DNA of 64,000 bases from Calditrichia bacterium (GCA_963796965.1 CAWCNS010000007.1:96001-160000); one strand, 5' to 3'. Shown: positions 31,389 through 42,057, counted from the first letter of the stretch. Program-made: numbers and translations. Notes: generated from the sequence alone by a model not told the origin.

Positions 31389-32496
31389 ATGAATAGCCGC
31401 GAAAGATTTGAATATGCGATGACGCACCGGAAGCCGGATCGCGTACCCATCGATATCGGTGGAACATCACTTACCGGTATGAGACCACACTGTCAGGAAA
31501 GCCTGCGTCAACTTCTGGGATTCTCAGGGAATTTTGTTGATACATACAAGAAAGTTGATGAGAGAATTCTTGAATGGGCGGGCACAGATTTCCGCTCAGT
31601 CGGCACAAGGGTGGTTTTGCCAAGTGCACATACCCGTATAATATCCTCTCGGGCAAAGATTGACTGTTGGGGGATTCGTCGAGATTGGATCGATGGGGAA
31701 TGGCAGATTACTCAAAGCCCATTACGAGGTGCTTCTCTTGACGATCTCAAATCCTACCAATGGCCAGAGGCGATTGTTGATGAAAAGCAGTTGGCAAGCT
31801 GGGAGAATCAGGCAAAGAAATTGAGAGAGCAAGATCGATATGTTGTTGTTGCAGAACATCCCGTGTATGGAATTCTTGAACTTGGTTGCTGGATGTGCGG
31901 ATACGACGATTTTTTTCTGAAACTTGCGGTAGATACCGATTTTGTTCGATTTTTCTTTGACAAGTTTCTTGAAATTCAAATGGCTGTAATTGAACAGTAT
32001 TATCCTGTATTGGCCCCATACATAGATCTTACCACCAGCGGAGATGACTTTGGCTCACAGAACGGACCGTTGCTTTCACCCACAATGTTTGAGTCTCTTG
32101 TTGTCCCGTACTTTTCTGCAAGAATTAGAAGGACGAAGGAACTCGGTCAGTGTTACTACTGGCATCATAGCTGTGGTTCCATAGTCAAACTGCTGGATCA
32201 GATCATAGACTGTGGCGTTGATATTCTCAATCCGATACAGACCTCCGCTGCTGAAATGGACCCTAAACTACTAAAAGACCGCTTCGGAGATCGGCTCGTA
32301 TTTTGGGGAGGGGTAGATGTTCAGCAATTCCTTCCTGGAGCGACACGCGATGAGATCCCTGATCCATATTGATGAGTTGCTCCGCGTATTTGGTGAAAAT
32401 GGTGGTTATGTGATGGCGCCCGCTCATGAGATCCAGGATGATGTTCCGGCAGAGAATATCGTAGCGTGGATAGACACCATAAACGGTTACAGCTAA
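31389..32496 (+). CDS. Second URO-D-like / MtaA-CmuA family protein; frameshift near 32360
   Basis: MNSRER..PDRVPID, GDDFGSQ..LLSP, HHSCG, LNPIQ, WGGVDVQ. The shifted frame continues GGYVMAPAHEIQDDVPAENI to TAA 32494-32496. Confidence 0.85.
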
Positions 32497-32558
32497 AAAG
32501 CACATCCACTCTGACCGCTAATCCGCTACCCTCTATGATGGCAGGTGTGCTGAGCCAA
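32491..32558 (+). other. Degenerate attC-like site
   Basis: AGCTAAA overlaps the stop and matches 6/7 of the complement of GTTAGCT at 31348-31354 upstream of the gene. AGCACATCC pairs with GGTGTGCT. The R' box is lost. Confidence 0.5.
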
Positions 32559-32761
32559 GTCCTGAGGTCAGATATCTGTCAATACATGCATTAAAATAAG
32601 GGAGTACAATGTTTTGAAAAAATTGTTATTGCTTTTTTTGTCTGTAATTATTGTTTGTACCGGGTTTTCTCAGGATTATAAAGGAATAAAACCTCTGTTC
32701 CCGTTATAACACAAATAAAATTATATTAGATAATGCGAAAGGTACTACTGTGTCTATCCCA

Positions 32762-34327
32762 ATGAGAAATATTTATCATTTAGTGATATGTCTATTATTG
32801 CTGGGATGTGGTGATGGGCCGGAAATTGTAAAAATATCACCCGATCCTGATCAGGTCTACCAGACCATAGATGGATTTGGTGCTTCAGATGCCTGGCGAT
32901 GTCAGTTTGTGGGAAAAAACTGGCCGTTGGAGAAACGTGAACGCATCGCTGATTTATTATTCAGTAAAGAGTTTAATGATAATGGAAATCCTAAAGGCAT
33001 AGGATTATCACTCTGGCGGTTTAATATAAGTGCCGGAACAACAGAGCAGGGCGAAGCGTCTGATATCGGAAATCCCTGGCGTCGTGGCGAATGCTTTCAG
33101 AATTCCGATGGCAGTTATGACTGGTCAAAGATGGTTGGGCAACGGTGGTTTTTGCAGGCTGCTAAAGAGCGGGGAGTGGAGAAATTCCTCGCTTTTCCCA
33201 ATGCGCCCCCTGTTCACTACAGCCGTAATGGGAAGGGCTATGCGGAAAAGGGGGTTGTCCGTTTTAACCTGAAACCAGGAAAAATGGATGGGTATGCCGT
33301 CTTTCTGGTTGATGTGATCCAGCATTTTGAAAAAGAAGGCATCCATTTTGACTATTTAAGTCCCTTCAACGAGCCGCAGTGGAACTGGGATGGACCAGGC
33401 CAGGAGGGAACGCCGGCATTAAACACAGAACTGTATGCTTTTATTAAAATGCTATCAGATGAATTGGCCCAACGCCGACTTACCACTAGTTTGGTAATCG
33501 GAGAAGCCGCTACCATTGGTCATGTCGCCAAAATCATGAAAGATGATGGCAGGGATGACCAGGCCCAATTTTTCTTTAATCCCCAATCACCCTATTATAT
33601 TGGAGATTTTCCAAATGTGGAAAAGACCATATCTGCCCATAGTTACCATTCCGTATGGCCCCTGGATGAACAGGTTGAATACCGATTAATGCTGCATGAA
33701 ATGCTTAGAAAGGCCAATTCCGATTTGGGTTATTGGCAAAGTGAGTATTGTATCCTCCAAAATAATGATGAAATTATCAAGGGCGGAGGTCGGGATCTGG
33801 GAATGGCTACTGCCTTATATGTCGCCCGGATTATCCATAATGATTTAACGCTCTGCAAGGCTAAATCATGGCAATGGTGGACGGCAATTACGGAAGTAAA
33901 TTATAAAGATGGTCTTGTTTATTTGGATGATGGGTCTGAGGACAATTCCGGGAAAATGGGCGCGAAGATCGAAAGTTTGTTTTACGATGGCGAGGTTCGT
34001 GAGAGTAAGTTGCTCTGGACCCTGGGTAACTATTCCCGGTTCATAAGACCGGGTATGGTACGAATTGCCTGTTCTGTAACGCCGGAACAATCTTATGAGG
34101 ATGGATTATTGGTTTCAGCTTATAAAAGTACCGATGATGATCTTGTTTTAGTATGTGTCAATCTTTCCATCGATGATAAATTATGTGACCTCCCTTTTTC
34201 AGATATGGTTGATGTCTATACGACATCACGTGACATGAGTCTTTTCAAAAGAAACCGAAAAGCATCCGATCTGAAAATTCCTGCTCGTTCTGTAGCCACT
34301 ATTTTACTTAAAAATGAGAAAGAATAG
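32762..34327 (+). CDS. GH30 family glycoside hydrolase lipoprotein
   Basis: Lipobox LLGC, QTIDGFGASDAW, LWRFNI, acid/base SPFNEPQW, nucleophile YWQSEYC, LGNYSRFIRPG. Confidence 0.85.
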   Translation: MRNIYHLVICLLLLGCGDGPEIVKISPDPDQVYQTIDGFGASDAWRCQFVGKNWPLEKRERIADLLFSKEFNDNGNPKGIGLSLWRFNISAGTTEQGEASDIGNPWRRGECFQNSDGSYDWSKMVGQRWFLQAAKERGVEKFLAFPNAPPVHYSRNGKGYAEKGVVRFNLKPGKMDGYAVFLVDVIQHFEKEGIHFDYLSPFNEPQWNWDGPGQEGTPALNTELYAFIKMLSDELAQRRLTTSLVIGEAATIGHVAKIMKDDGRDDQAQFFFNPQSPYYIGDFPNVEKTISAHSYHSVWPLDEQVEYRLMLHEMLRKANSDLGYWQSEYCILQNNDEIIKGGGRDLGMATALYVARIIHNDLTLCKAKSWQWWTAITEVNYKDGLVYLDDGSEDNSGKMGAKIESLFYDGEVRESKLLWTLGNYSRFIRPGMVRIACSVTPEQSYEDGLLVSAYKSTDDDLVLVCVNLSIDDKLCDLPFSDMVDVYTTSRDMSLFKRNRKASDLKIPARSVATILLKNEKE

Positions 34328-34446
34328 CAGATTAGTGAATTGTGGAGTGCAGTTTAAAAAGTGTTGTGTCGGTGCTTGAAAAAAATACTATCCTAAAAAC
34401 AGCTTAAAAATCAGGTATAAGAAATACATTTATTGATTAATATTGG

Positions 34447-34676
34447 AAAAGATCTATTGATCTGCACGGAAAAGAACGATAGATCCATGAGAAAAAGAAC
34501 TATAGTCCCAGGGGTACAAGATCTATAGAAAGGGGAGTAAAAGAACTATAGTTCCGGGAGTACAAGATCTATAGATCCGAGGGTAGAAGATTTAGAGTCT
34601 CATGGGTACAAGATCAATAGATCTTTTACCAAAAGAACTAGCAATCTATTCCTCAAAGTTCTATAGATCTTTTCCC
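34447..34676. repeat. Tandem array of ten 23-bp units with a palindromic core
   Basis: Exact 23-nt period. Consensus A(A/C)AAGA(T/A)CTATAG(A/T)TC plus about 7 variable nt, e.g. ACAAGATCTATAGATCCGAGGGT. Confidence 0.9.
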
Positions 34677-35273
34677 GGGAGAGGGTTTACTTCTCATAAT
34701 AATTTATATATTTTTGCTTGTGACATTTCCTCTTTTTCTTATATTACATAAGAATCCTTCTCCAATGCTCAAGTGAACACATAGATTTTCTAAGATTGTA
34801 GTATTTAGAGATTGATTCCCCATATTAAGATTTATATCCGTTTATATGTGTTATACAGAAGGAGTGGGGATAGGGGATTGATAATTTTCGTGCTGATTAT
34901 ATATCAGTTGGACAAATAAATCATATGTTTACTGGTTAGCTCTGTTTTGATTTAATTATTTGACAGATTTTTATTTGAATTGACAGTTTTTTTGCAACTT
35001 TTGATTCGGGTAGTCATTTACTAAAGAGACTGTATCTAAGGACATGGTTTTATATTGCGTTATTTCCGCCTAATACTGCATTTTTGCATTCTATATTTAC
35101 AAGAAGAACCATAAATTACAGTTATAATTACACTTATTATGCCACAGCGATTCGTCCGCCGAATACGAGATAGCTGGAATTAAACACACAATATTTAGGT
35201 GTTAGAATACTCTGTGAAAGATGAGATTATCCGTATATACTCTTACTGAAACTCAATAAATGGAGTACTTAAT

Positions 35274-35448
35274 ATGGATAAAAATAATAGTTTCGGAATT
35301 AAAACAGGAATAGGTATGGCTTTAGGAGTCGGTGTCGGAACAGCGATTGGCGTAGTCTATTGGAAATATTGCTATTGGTACTGCTTTGGGAGCGGGAATA
35401 GGCCTCTTGGTTGGAATTATCTTAGATATATCCGGAAAAGAGAAATAG
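35274..35448 (+). CDS. Small glycine-zipper membrane protein (cassette ORF); frameshift near 35358
   Basis: GIGMALGVGVGTAIG, then shifted IGNIAIGTALGAGIGLLVG..KEK* ending at TAG 35446-35448, immediately before an attC. Confidence 0.6.
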
Positions 35449-35517
35449 AGTTAACCAGTCGCTGGAGGTGACGCCACACGCAGGCGCTCGTAGCGCACCT
35501 CAGCTTAAACGTTATAC
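35449..35517 (+). other. attC site
   Basis: AGTTAAC-CAGTCGCTGGAGGTGACGC...GCGCACCTCAGCTTAAAC-GTTATAC: AAC/GTT boxes and a GCTG(G)AGGTG/CACCTCAGC stem with an extra-helical base; 69 bp. Confidence 0.8.
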
Positions 35518-35733
35518 CACCAACAAATTTTGAGTTAACCAGGCAATGAGTAAGACTTCCAGTTTTATATGACATAAATCTAATTTAATTGCAGTTGAAA
35601 AAATGCATGTGGTTTGCGAAGTCTGGTACTTTCCTTTATGTTTAATATAAATTTATAATGATAAGTATTGAAAATACCAATCTATTCCCATTTGTGCGAG
35701 GTTGAAGAAATCCAAAATAAATAAATTAAACAA

Positions 35734-38282
35734 ATGGATATGCCAATGAGAGTAAAAGAGTTTGAGAAATCGGTAAAGAATAAGTTTAACGTTTACAACA
35801 GCTTATTCTTGAGCCTTCCTTTTCGAAAGATCAGTAATATCGGAATGCTTATTCCTTTGATGCATCATGTATGTAAAGAGGGACTTGAATCGGGAAGCGA
35901 TCCACTGGAAATTCTTGATTCCTTTTTCAGCATTCACGCAAATATACATTCGGAAGAAGAGAAAATTGATTTTATGTTCAGAGTCATTCAGTACATTGAA
36001 AGACAAATTGTGCTTTATGACAGTGTTGAAGATGCCGCCTTTACTCATCTGATGGCGCTTGGTGATCATTTATCGCTTAAAGATTATATCCATTTTTCGG
36101 TCAATGAAAAAGGAGAGGCTCGCATATCAGAGAAACTATCCACATTCAGCGCAAGGATTGTGTTTACAGCTCATCCGACGCAGTTTTATTCTCCTTCGGT
36201 ACTGGATATCATCGCTAAATTGAGAGGACTGATAAATGAAAACAATATTAATGAAATCGATCTCACCTTACAACAATTGGGATTAACATCCTTGATTAAT
36301 TCCAAAAAACCAACGCCCTTTGATGAAGCAAAAAATGTTATCTACTTTCTGCGAAATGTGTATTATGATGCCGTAGGTGAGCTGTATTCCAATATCAAGA
36401 AGAATATCAAAAATGAAACTTTCGATAATTCGAATATCATTCAGCTTGGATTCTGGCCAGGCGGCGACCGGGACGGTAATCCCTTTGTTACTTCGGAAAC
36501 AACGAATGCTGTCGCAGATGAACTGCGTATGACATTGATGAAATGCTATTACCAGGATATTAAAAATTTAACAGCAAAAACTAACCTTCAGAGAAGTAGA
36601 AGATATTGTTGCATAATCTGAGGGATAGGCTTTACATAACCATGTTTGATCCGGTAAAAACAATAGGATTTGAGGATATAATAAAGCCACTTTGTTCGGT
36701 CAAAGAATCTCTTGTAAAAAAATATAACAGTTTATATCTCGAGGAACTGAATAATCTTATTGATAAAGTCAGAATCTTCAAAACACATTTTGCTGCTCTG
36801 GATATCAGGCAGAACCACAGCGTTCACAAACAAACCGTTGAAGAAATCCTTAAAAAAGAAAATCTGATTACCGATAGCCTGGATGAGTTGGAAAAAGATG
36901 AATTAATTTCTATTCTTACCCACAGAAAAATCAATGTTTTGCCTGATCCGTTTAAAGAAGAGATTATAAAAGATACGATCCGGACAATAACTCAACTGAA
37001 AACCATACAAAGCAAAAATGGTCCGGAAGGCTGCAATCGATATATTATTAGTAATTCCGAAGATATTTTCGCTGTTTTATTTGTCTATGGCCTTTTCAGG
37101 TGGTGTGGCTGGGATAAAGGGGAGATGCCCTTTGATATCATTCCGTTGTTTGAGTCTATGGAAGGTATGAAAAATGCCGAATTAATCATGCAGGAGCTTT
37201 TTGATATTCCCGAATACAGAGCACACATAAAACAGCGCCATGAGAAGCAGACCATTATGCTCGGATTCTCCGATGGTACCAAAGATGGAGGCTATCTTCA
37301 GGCCAACTGGTCGATATTCAAAACAAAAGAGAAGCTATCCGCCGTTTGTGAACAATACAATATCAAGGCGATATTTTTTGATGGCCGCGGTGGGCCGCCT
37401 GCCCGTGGTGGCGGTAAAACACATCGTTTCTATGCCGCCCAAAGCCAAAAAATTGCTAATCATGCAATTCAATTAACCATTCAGGGCCAGACTATTACCA
37501 GTAAATATGGGACCAAAGATCATTTTATTCATAATTGCGAGCAACTGCTTACAGCCGGGTTATCCAATAGTTTATATGAAAAAGAACATACCATCCACGA
37601 TGAATCGCGAAATCTTATTGAGGCGCTGGGCCGGATAAGCTTTGACAAATATAATGATCTTAAAAACCACAAAATGTTTGTGCCGTATCTAGAGAATAAG
37701 AGCACTTTAAAATATTATGGTAAAGCCAATATAGGAAGCCGTCCATCCAAAAGAGGGGATAAAGAAAATCTGGAATTTAAAGATTTACGGGCTATTCCTT
37801 TTGTAGGGTCATGGAGTCAATTAAGGCAAAATGTTCCCGGTTACTTTGGTATCGGTACCGCGATTAAAGCATTGGTAAATGAGGGCAAACTGGAACAACT
37901 AAAGAAATTATTTAAAGAGGTGCCTTTCTTTAAAGCACTGCTCCTTAATAGCATGATGTCATTATCAAAATGTTATTTTGAATTAACTGCCTATATTGCC
38001 AAAGATGAAGAATATGAAGACTTCTGGAATATATTATTTGAAGAATATAAACTTTCAAAAGAAATGGTGCTGCTCATTTCTGATTACAATATTTTGATGG
38101 AGGAAGAACCTGTTTCAAGAAATTCAATCGAGATCAGGGAGCGAATCGTTTTACCTTTATTGGTTATTCAGCAATATGCCTTGCAGAAAATTGAAAAAAA
38201 TTCCGGCAAGAAAGATACTTATGAAAAAATAGTTAGACGATCATTATACGGAAATATCAATGCCAGCAGAAATTCTGCTTGA
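35734..38282 (+). CDS. ppc: Phosphoenolpyruvate carboxylase; two +1 indels near 36571 and 36606
   Basis: VFTAHPT, GFWPGGDRDGNP, LDIRQ, IIPLFE, MLGFSDGTKDGG, FDGRGGPPARGGG, LRAIPF, C-terminal RNSA. Confidence 0.95.
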
Positions 38283-38341
38283 ATTTAAAACTATCTGATT
38301 TAAGTAAAGTGAAAAAGGTTTTACAGATATGCAGAAAAAAA

Positions 38342-38474
38342 GTATAACAAGCGTTTCAACGTCGACCTAAAACACGTTGATTCAATTTTAAATTTTTCGA
38401 TCCGGGCTGGTGTATTGGCAATTTCCAATCACTGGCCGCTTGGTTTTAGGCGGGTTAAATGCAGGCCGTTAGGT
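38342..38474 (+). other. attC site
   Basis: GTATAAC-AAGCGTTTCAACGTCGACCTAAAAC...GTTTTAGGCGGGTTAAATGCAGGCC-GTTAGGT; 133 bp, imperfect long hairpin. Confidence 0.8.
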
Positions 38475-38528
38475 AGTAAAAATAGATTGAAAAAAGAGAA
38501 ATAATGAAATCCCCAATATAGCTAGGTG

Positions 38529-39329
38529 ATGGATATGAAAATAGAAGGTCGTACTATACTCATTACTGGCGCATCAAGCGGTATTGGTTTAGCAACAGCA
38601 AAAGCAATGGCAGAGAGAGGGGGATATATCATATTGCTAGCGCGGAATAAGAACGCATTGGATGAAGCGGTATCGGGAATAATTGCCCAAGGGGGGCGAG
38701 CTGTGTCTTATCCAGTAGATTTATCAATATCAAAAGCAGTTGATCAAGTAGCAGAGATAATCCATCGAAATGTAGGATTTGTTGATACTATAGTTAATAA
38801 TGCTGGGGCAGGCCGATGGCAATTTGTTGAGGAAACCGATCCAGAAGATGCTGTCCAAATGATGGCGGTACCATATCTTGCCGCCTTTTACATAACCAGA
38901 GCATTTTTGCCAGCAATGTTGGAACGAGACGAAGGTCATATTGTCAATATTACTTCGTTGGCTGCTTATGCTCCTTGGGCGGGAGCAACAGGTTATACGG
39001 CAGCGCGCTGGGCAATGCGTGGTTTTAGCGAAGCATTAAGAGCAGATATATATGGAACAAACTTAAAGGTAACCCTTTTTACGCCTGGCGAAGTCAATTC
39101 TCCTTATTGGAAAAATAATTCCGTTAGTAGGGATAGAATTCCCAAAATAGGGAAACTTTTTCCGAAAATGACACCCGAGAAGGTCGCAAGATCTATTGTT
39201 AAATCTGTAGAAAACAATAAACGAGAGGTTATCGTGCCACTTTCCCTACGGATGACGGTAGGACTGCACCGTATTTTTCCGTTTATTACTGAATGGTTAA
39301 TAAATCAGACAAGATGGAGACGTAAGTAA
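38529..39329 (+). CDS. Short-chain dehydrogenase/reductase
   Basis: ITGASSGIG, VNNAG, HIVNITS. The catalytic segment reads YTAAR. Confidence 0.9.
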   Translation: MDMKIEGRTILITGASSGIGLATAKAMAERGGYIILLARNKNALDEAVSGIIAQGGRAVSYPVDLSISKAVDQVAEIIHRNVGFVDTIVNNAGAGRWQFVEETDPEDAVQMMAVPYLAAFYITRAFLPAMLERDEGHIVNITSLAAYAPWAGATGYTAARWAMRGFSEALRADIYGTNLKVTLFTPGEVNSPYWKNNSVSRDRIPKIGKLFPKMTPEKVARSIVKSVENNKREVIVPLSLRMTVGLHRIFPFITEWLINQTRWRRK

Positions 39330-39467
39330 GATAACAGCTGCCAACCCCCGGTACCCGACCTAAAAAGCCGATGCTTTTTTGGAGTTTGGAGGTTTTTGGA
39401 TCAAGGTTGTACAATTAAATAGATTTGTCTCCTGCTTTTTGGTCGGGTTAAACCTGAGCCGATAAGT
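39329..39467 (+). other. Degenerate attC-like site
   Basis: AGATAAC at the stop and a CCCGACCTAAAAAGC / GCTTTTTGGTCGGG stem. The 3' end GGGTTAAACCTGAGCC-GATAAGT resembles the 38342 site but has GAT in place of GTT. Confidence 0.65.
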
Positions 39468-39494
39468 AAGCAAAATACTTAAAATAGGAATATT

Positions 39495-40196
39495 ATGACT
39501 GAAACATTACAACTACTCCCAATTTGGTACTTGGCATTTATTATTTCACTTACATTTCATGAGGCAGCACATGCATTTGTTGGACTAAAATTGGGAGATA
39601 CTACAGCAGAGGAGGGTGGGCAGGTCACATTAAATCCATTCCCTCACATCAAACGAGAAATAGTCGGAACAATTGTTGTCCCCTTGTTCACATTTTTTTC
39701 AAGTGGTTGGATGATTGGATGGGCATCAGCACCGTATAATATAAAATGGGCAAAATCATATCCTAAAAATTTTGCCGTTATGAGTATTGCCGGACCCGTT
39801 GCCAATTTATTGTTAGTATTATTGGTGCTTCTTATAACCAATATCGGATATTACTTTGATATTTTCTATGCTCCGGAATCAGTAAGTTTTTCTTATGTTA
39901 CCGATTCAGAATTGGGTGGGGTATATTCAAAATTAGGCACATTTTTAAGTATTCTGTTTTCACTAAATATTCTGCTCCTCGTGTTCAATCTGCTACCATT
40001 ACCCATGCTAGATGGGAGTAAAATTCCCTTGTTTTTTATTGAGCAAGATAAAACGAGTAGATATATAGATTTTATTAATAATCCCAAATTAGTTTTTCCT
40101 ACTCTCATGGTCGCCTGGTTTGGATTCGAGTATATTCATGACCCTATACGAAATATATTTCTAAATATGCTCTATTATGGTGTGAGCTATGGATAG
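39495..40196 (+). CDS. Site-2 protease (M50) family membrane zinc metalloprotease
   Basis: HEAAH, TLNP..HI, IAGPVAN, FNLLPLPMLDG. Confidence 0.9.
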   Translation: MTETLQLLPIWYLAFIISLTFHEAAHAFVGLKLGDTTAEEGGQVTLNPFPHIKREIVGTIVVPLFTFFSSGWMIGWASAPYNIKWAKSYPKNFAVMSIAGPVANLLLVLLVLLITNIGYYFDIFYAPESVSFSYVTDSELGGVYSKLGTFLSILFSLNILLLVFNLLPLPMLDGSKIPLFFIEQDKTSRYIDFINNPKLVFPTLMVAWFGFEYIHDPIRNIFLNMLYYGVSYG

Positions 40197-40310
40197 AATT
40201 GTTTTTTGTTTTGAACAAACAGAGATATTGTTAACATTTTATTCTAAGGACATGGCTTACACTTTTTATTAGATTGAGCACCTGATGGCTATACGATCAT
40301 TTTCAAATAG

Positions 40311-40451
40311 CCTGACGGAACAAAAATTACCTTCAATGCAAATCGTCAAGGAAAGATGGACATATATATAATGGATATTGATGGTGCAAATCAATACAAT
40401 CTATCAAACAACAAATCGCGAGAAACACTACCAAGATTTAGACCAAATTGA
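40311..40451 (+). pseudogene. C-terminal fragment of a TolB/PD40-repeat protein
   Basis: PDGTKITFNANRQGKMDIYIMDIDGANQYNLSNN..PRFRPN*, with no N-terminus. Confidence 0.7.
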
Positions 40452-40459
40452 AAAAAACA

Positions 40460-40510
40460 TTCTACCCTCTGCTAAACCTCGTAGAACGAAGTTAGCAGTG
40501 ATCGATAGCA
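40460..40510 (+). other. Short degenerate attC-like hairpin
   Basis: TTCTACC-CTCTGCTAAACCTCGTAGAACGAAGTTAGCAGTGATC-GATAGCA, with a CTGCTAA/TTAGCAG stem. Confidence 0.45.
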
Positions 40511-40561
40511 TTTATTATAAAAAACCATAAAACTTCTCAGTTTAAGAAATGTAAATTAATT

Positions 40562-41920
40562 ATGAATATAAATAGAAGAATTAGCATAAAAAGCATCACT
40601 ATAAGAATTTTAACAGCGATAATAATGCTCGGTGCAGTTATAGGTACGAAACTAGCAGGTCAAAATGCAAAAGGAGTAATACTCAAATCTGAAAGTAAGG
40701 AATACTATGACTGGAAGAAGAATATGACGATTGCTGACAGAAAACGCGATGCTGCAGGTATGTTGCTTCTGCTTCAGTCTTATGATGAGACAATCCGTCG
40801 CGGTATGTCGTTTTTGCTGGTGGATCATCTGAAATGGTTCAAGGGACCAAGCGAAAACCTCATCGATGAGAACGGACACACCCAGATGCCGTGGGTGTAC
40901 TATTCGAACCTTCAACATAATGGTGAGCCGTTTCCAACTTCTGTAGACCGTTTTGTGTCTTATCCTGCATTTCATCACTCCCTTATGATTAGGACGTTTA
41001 TTAAATATTTTCAATATTCAGGAGATGAACAGGCACTTGCGGAAGCCATTAAGCTGGCAGACTGGAATATCGCACACAGTACACCAGACGAATGGGTTTA
41101 TGGGAACATGCCCTACAGCACGTTTGAGGAGAAGAAACCAGGAGGATTTCGGGATAAGACCGGTATCATGCCAGACAAAGCAGCTATTATGGCTTTGTCT
41201 TATATAGAATTGTATAAAGTCAGCCAAAAGACCAGATTTTTGGATGCAGCTGAAGCCATAAGTCAAACGTTAGCCATTAACCAGCGCCCTAATGGCACTT
41301 GGCCTTTCCGTGTTGACCCGAAAACAGAAGAGGTGATTGAAGATTATACAAGCAGCGTCATCTATGCCGTCATGTTATTCGAGAGCCTTGATGAATTAAA
41401 CAAAAATAATCATTACGAAACTTATCGAGACCGAACGTGGAAGTGGTTGCTGACGGGTCCCATCAAGACCAAGGAATTTCGAGGCTTTTATGAAGATATT
41501 TCGGAAAGTACAGAGGGTCGTACCAATTACGATTGCCTCGACGTAATCCGTTACCTGTTGGCAAATCGTACAGAGATCAATGGCTACCTTGAGATCGCAC
41601 AGGAACTCAATACCTGGATCGAAGATATCTTTATGGACAAGATTGTGGGCTTTGAGCCAGCTGAAGGAATTCGCGAGCAATTGCAGTGCAACGTGGTTAT
41701 GGGCGTTCATAGCCTAAACTGGGCGTCTATGCTGCTGGACCTCTCAAAAGCCACCGGTGATGATAAGATGCGGGAGCGGGCTATCCAGACGGCCAATTAC
41801 GTTACCTACTACCTTCAGCCTGATAACCGGATTGTGGTGGGTTTTAGTTACAATCAATGGTGGTACAGTTGCCACACAGGTGTGATCCTTTATTTATTCG
41901 ATTTCCTCGAGAAAGAGTGA
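40562..41920 (+). CDS. Secreted alpha/alpha-barrel protein (prenyltransferase/six-hairpin-like repeats), function unknown
   Basis: Signal peptide, helical repeats, QRPNGTWPF, LYKVSQKTRFLDAA and LSKATGDDKMRERA. Confidence 0.6.
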   Translation: MNINRRISIKSITIRILTAIIMLGAVIGTKLAGQNAKGVILKSESKEYYDWKKNMTIADRKRDAAGMLLLLQSYDETIRRGMSFLLVDHLKWFKGPSENLIDENGHTQMPWVYYSNLQHNGEPFPTSVDRFVSYPAFHHSLMIRTFIKYFQYSGDEQALAEAIKLADWNIAHSTPDEWVYGNMPYSTFEEKKPGGFRDKTGIMPDKAAIMALSYIELYKVSQKTRFLDAAEAISQTLAINQRPNGTWPFRVDPKTEEVIEDYTSSVIYAVMLFESLDELNKNNHYETYRDRTWKWLLTGPIKTKEFRGFYEDISESTEGRTNYDCLDVIRYLLANRTEINGYLEIAQELNTWIEDIFMDKIVGFEPAEGIREQLQCNVVMGVHSLNWASMLLDLSKATGDDKMRERAIQTANYVTYYLQPDNRIVVGFSYNQWWYSCHTGVILYLFDFLEKE

Positions 41921-41960
41921 TCTATGAAAACCAATTTTATATAAACGATTGGAAAATCGC

Positions 41961-42057
41961 GTATAACAAAAGCATTATAGGGAATTAGCACACGTCCGGT
42001 TTCTTTGATATTGTAAATGCTTTGAGCGTTCTAATCTCCTTATGCTAACCGATATCG
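41961..42057 (+). other. Degenerate attC-like site
   Basis: GTATAAC-AAAAGCATTATAGGGAATTAG...CTAATCTCCTTATGCTAACC-GATATCG. Confidence 0.65.

Noticed and set aside
34341..34379. SEC-C-like peptide CGVQFKKCC
   Set aside because: It is only 12 codons with no start or upstream domain; at most a remnant.
34447..34676. 23-bp array as a CRISPR array
   Set aside because: The variable parts are only about 7 nt, the repeats are degenerate, and no cas genes are in the window.
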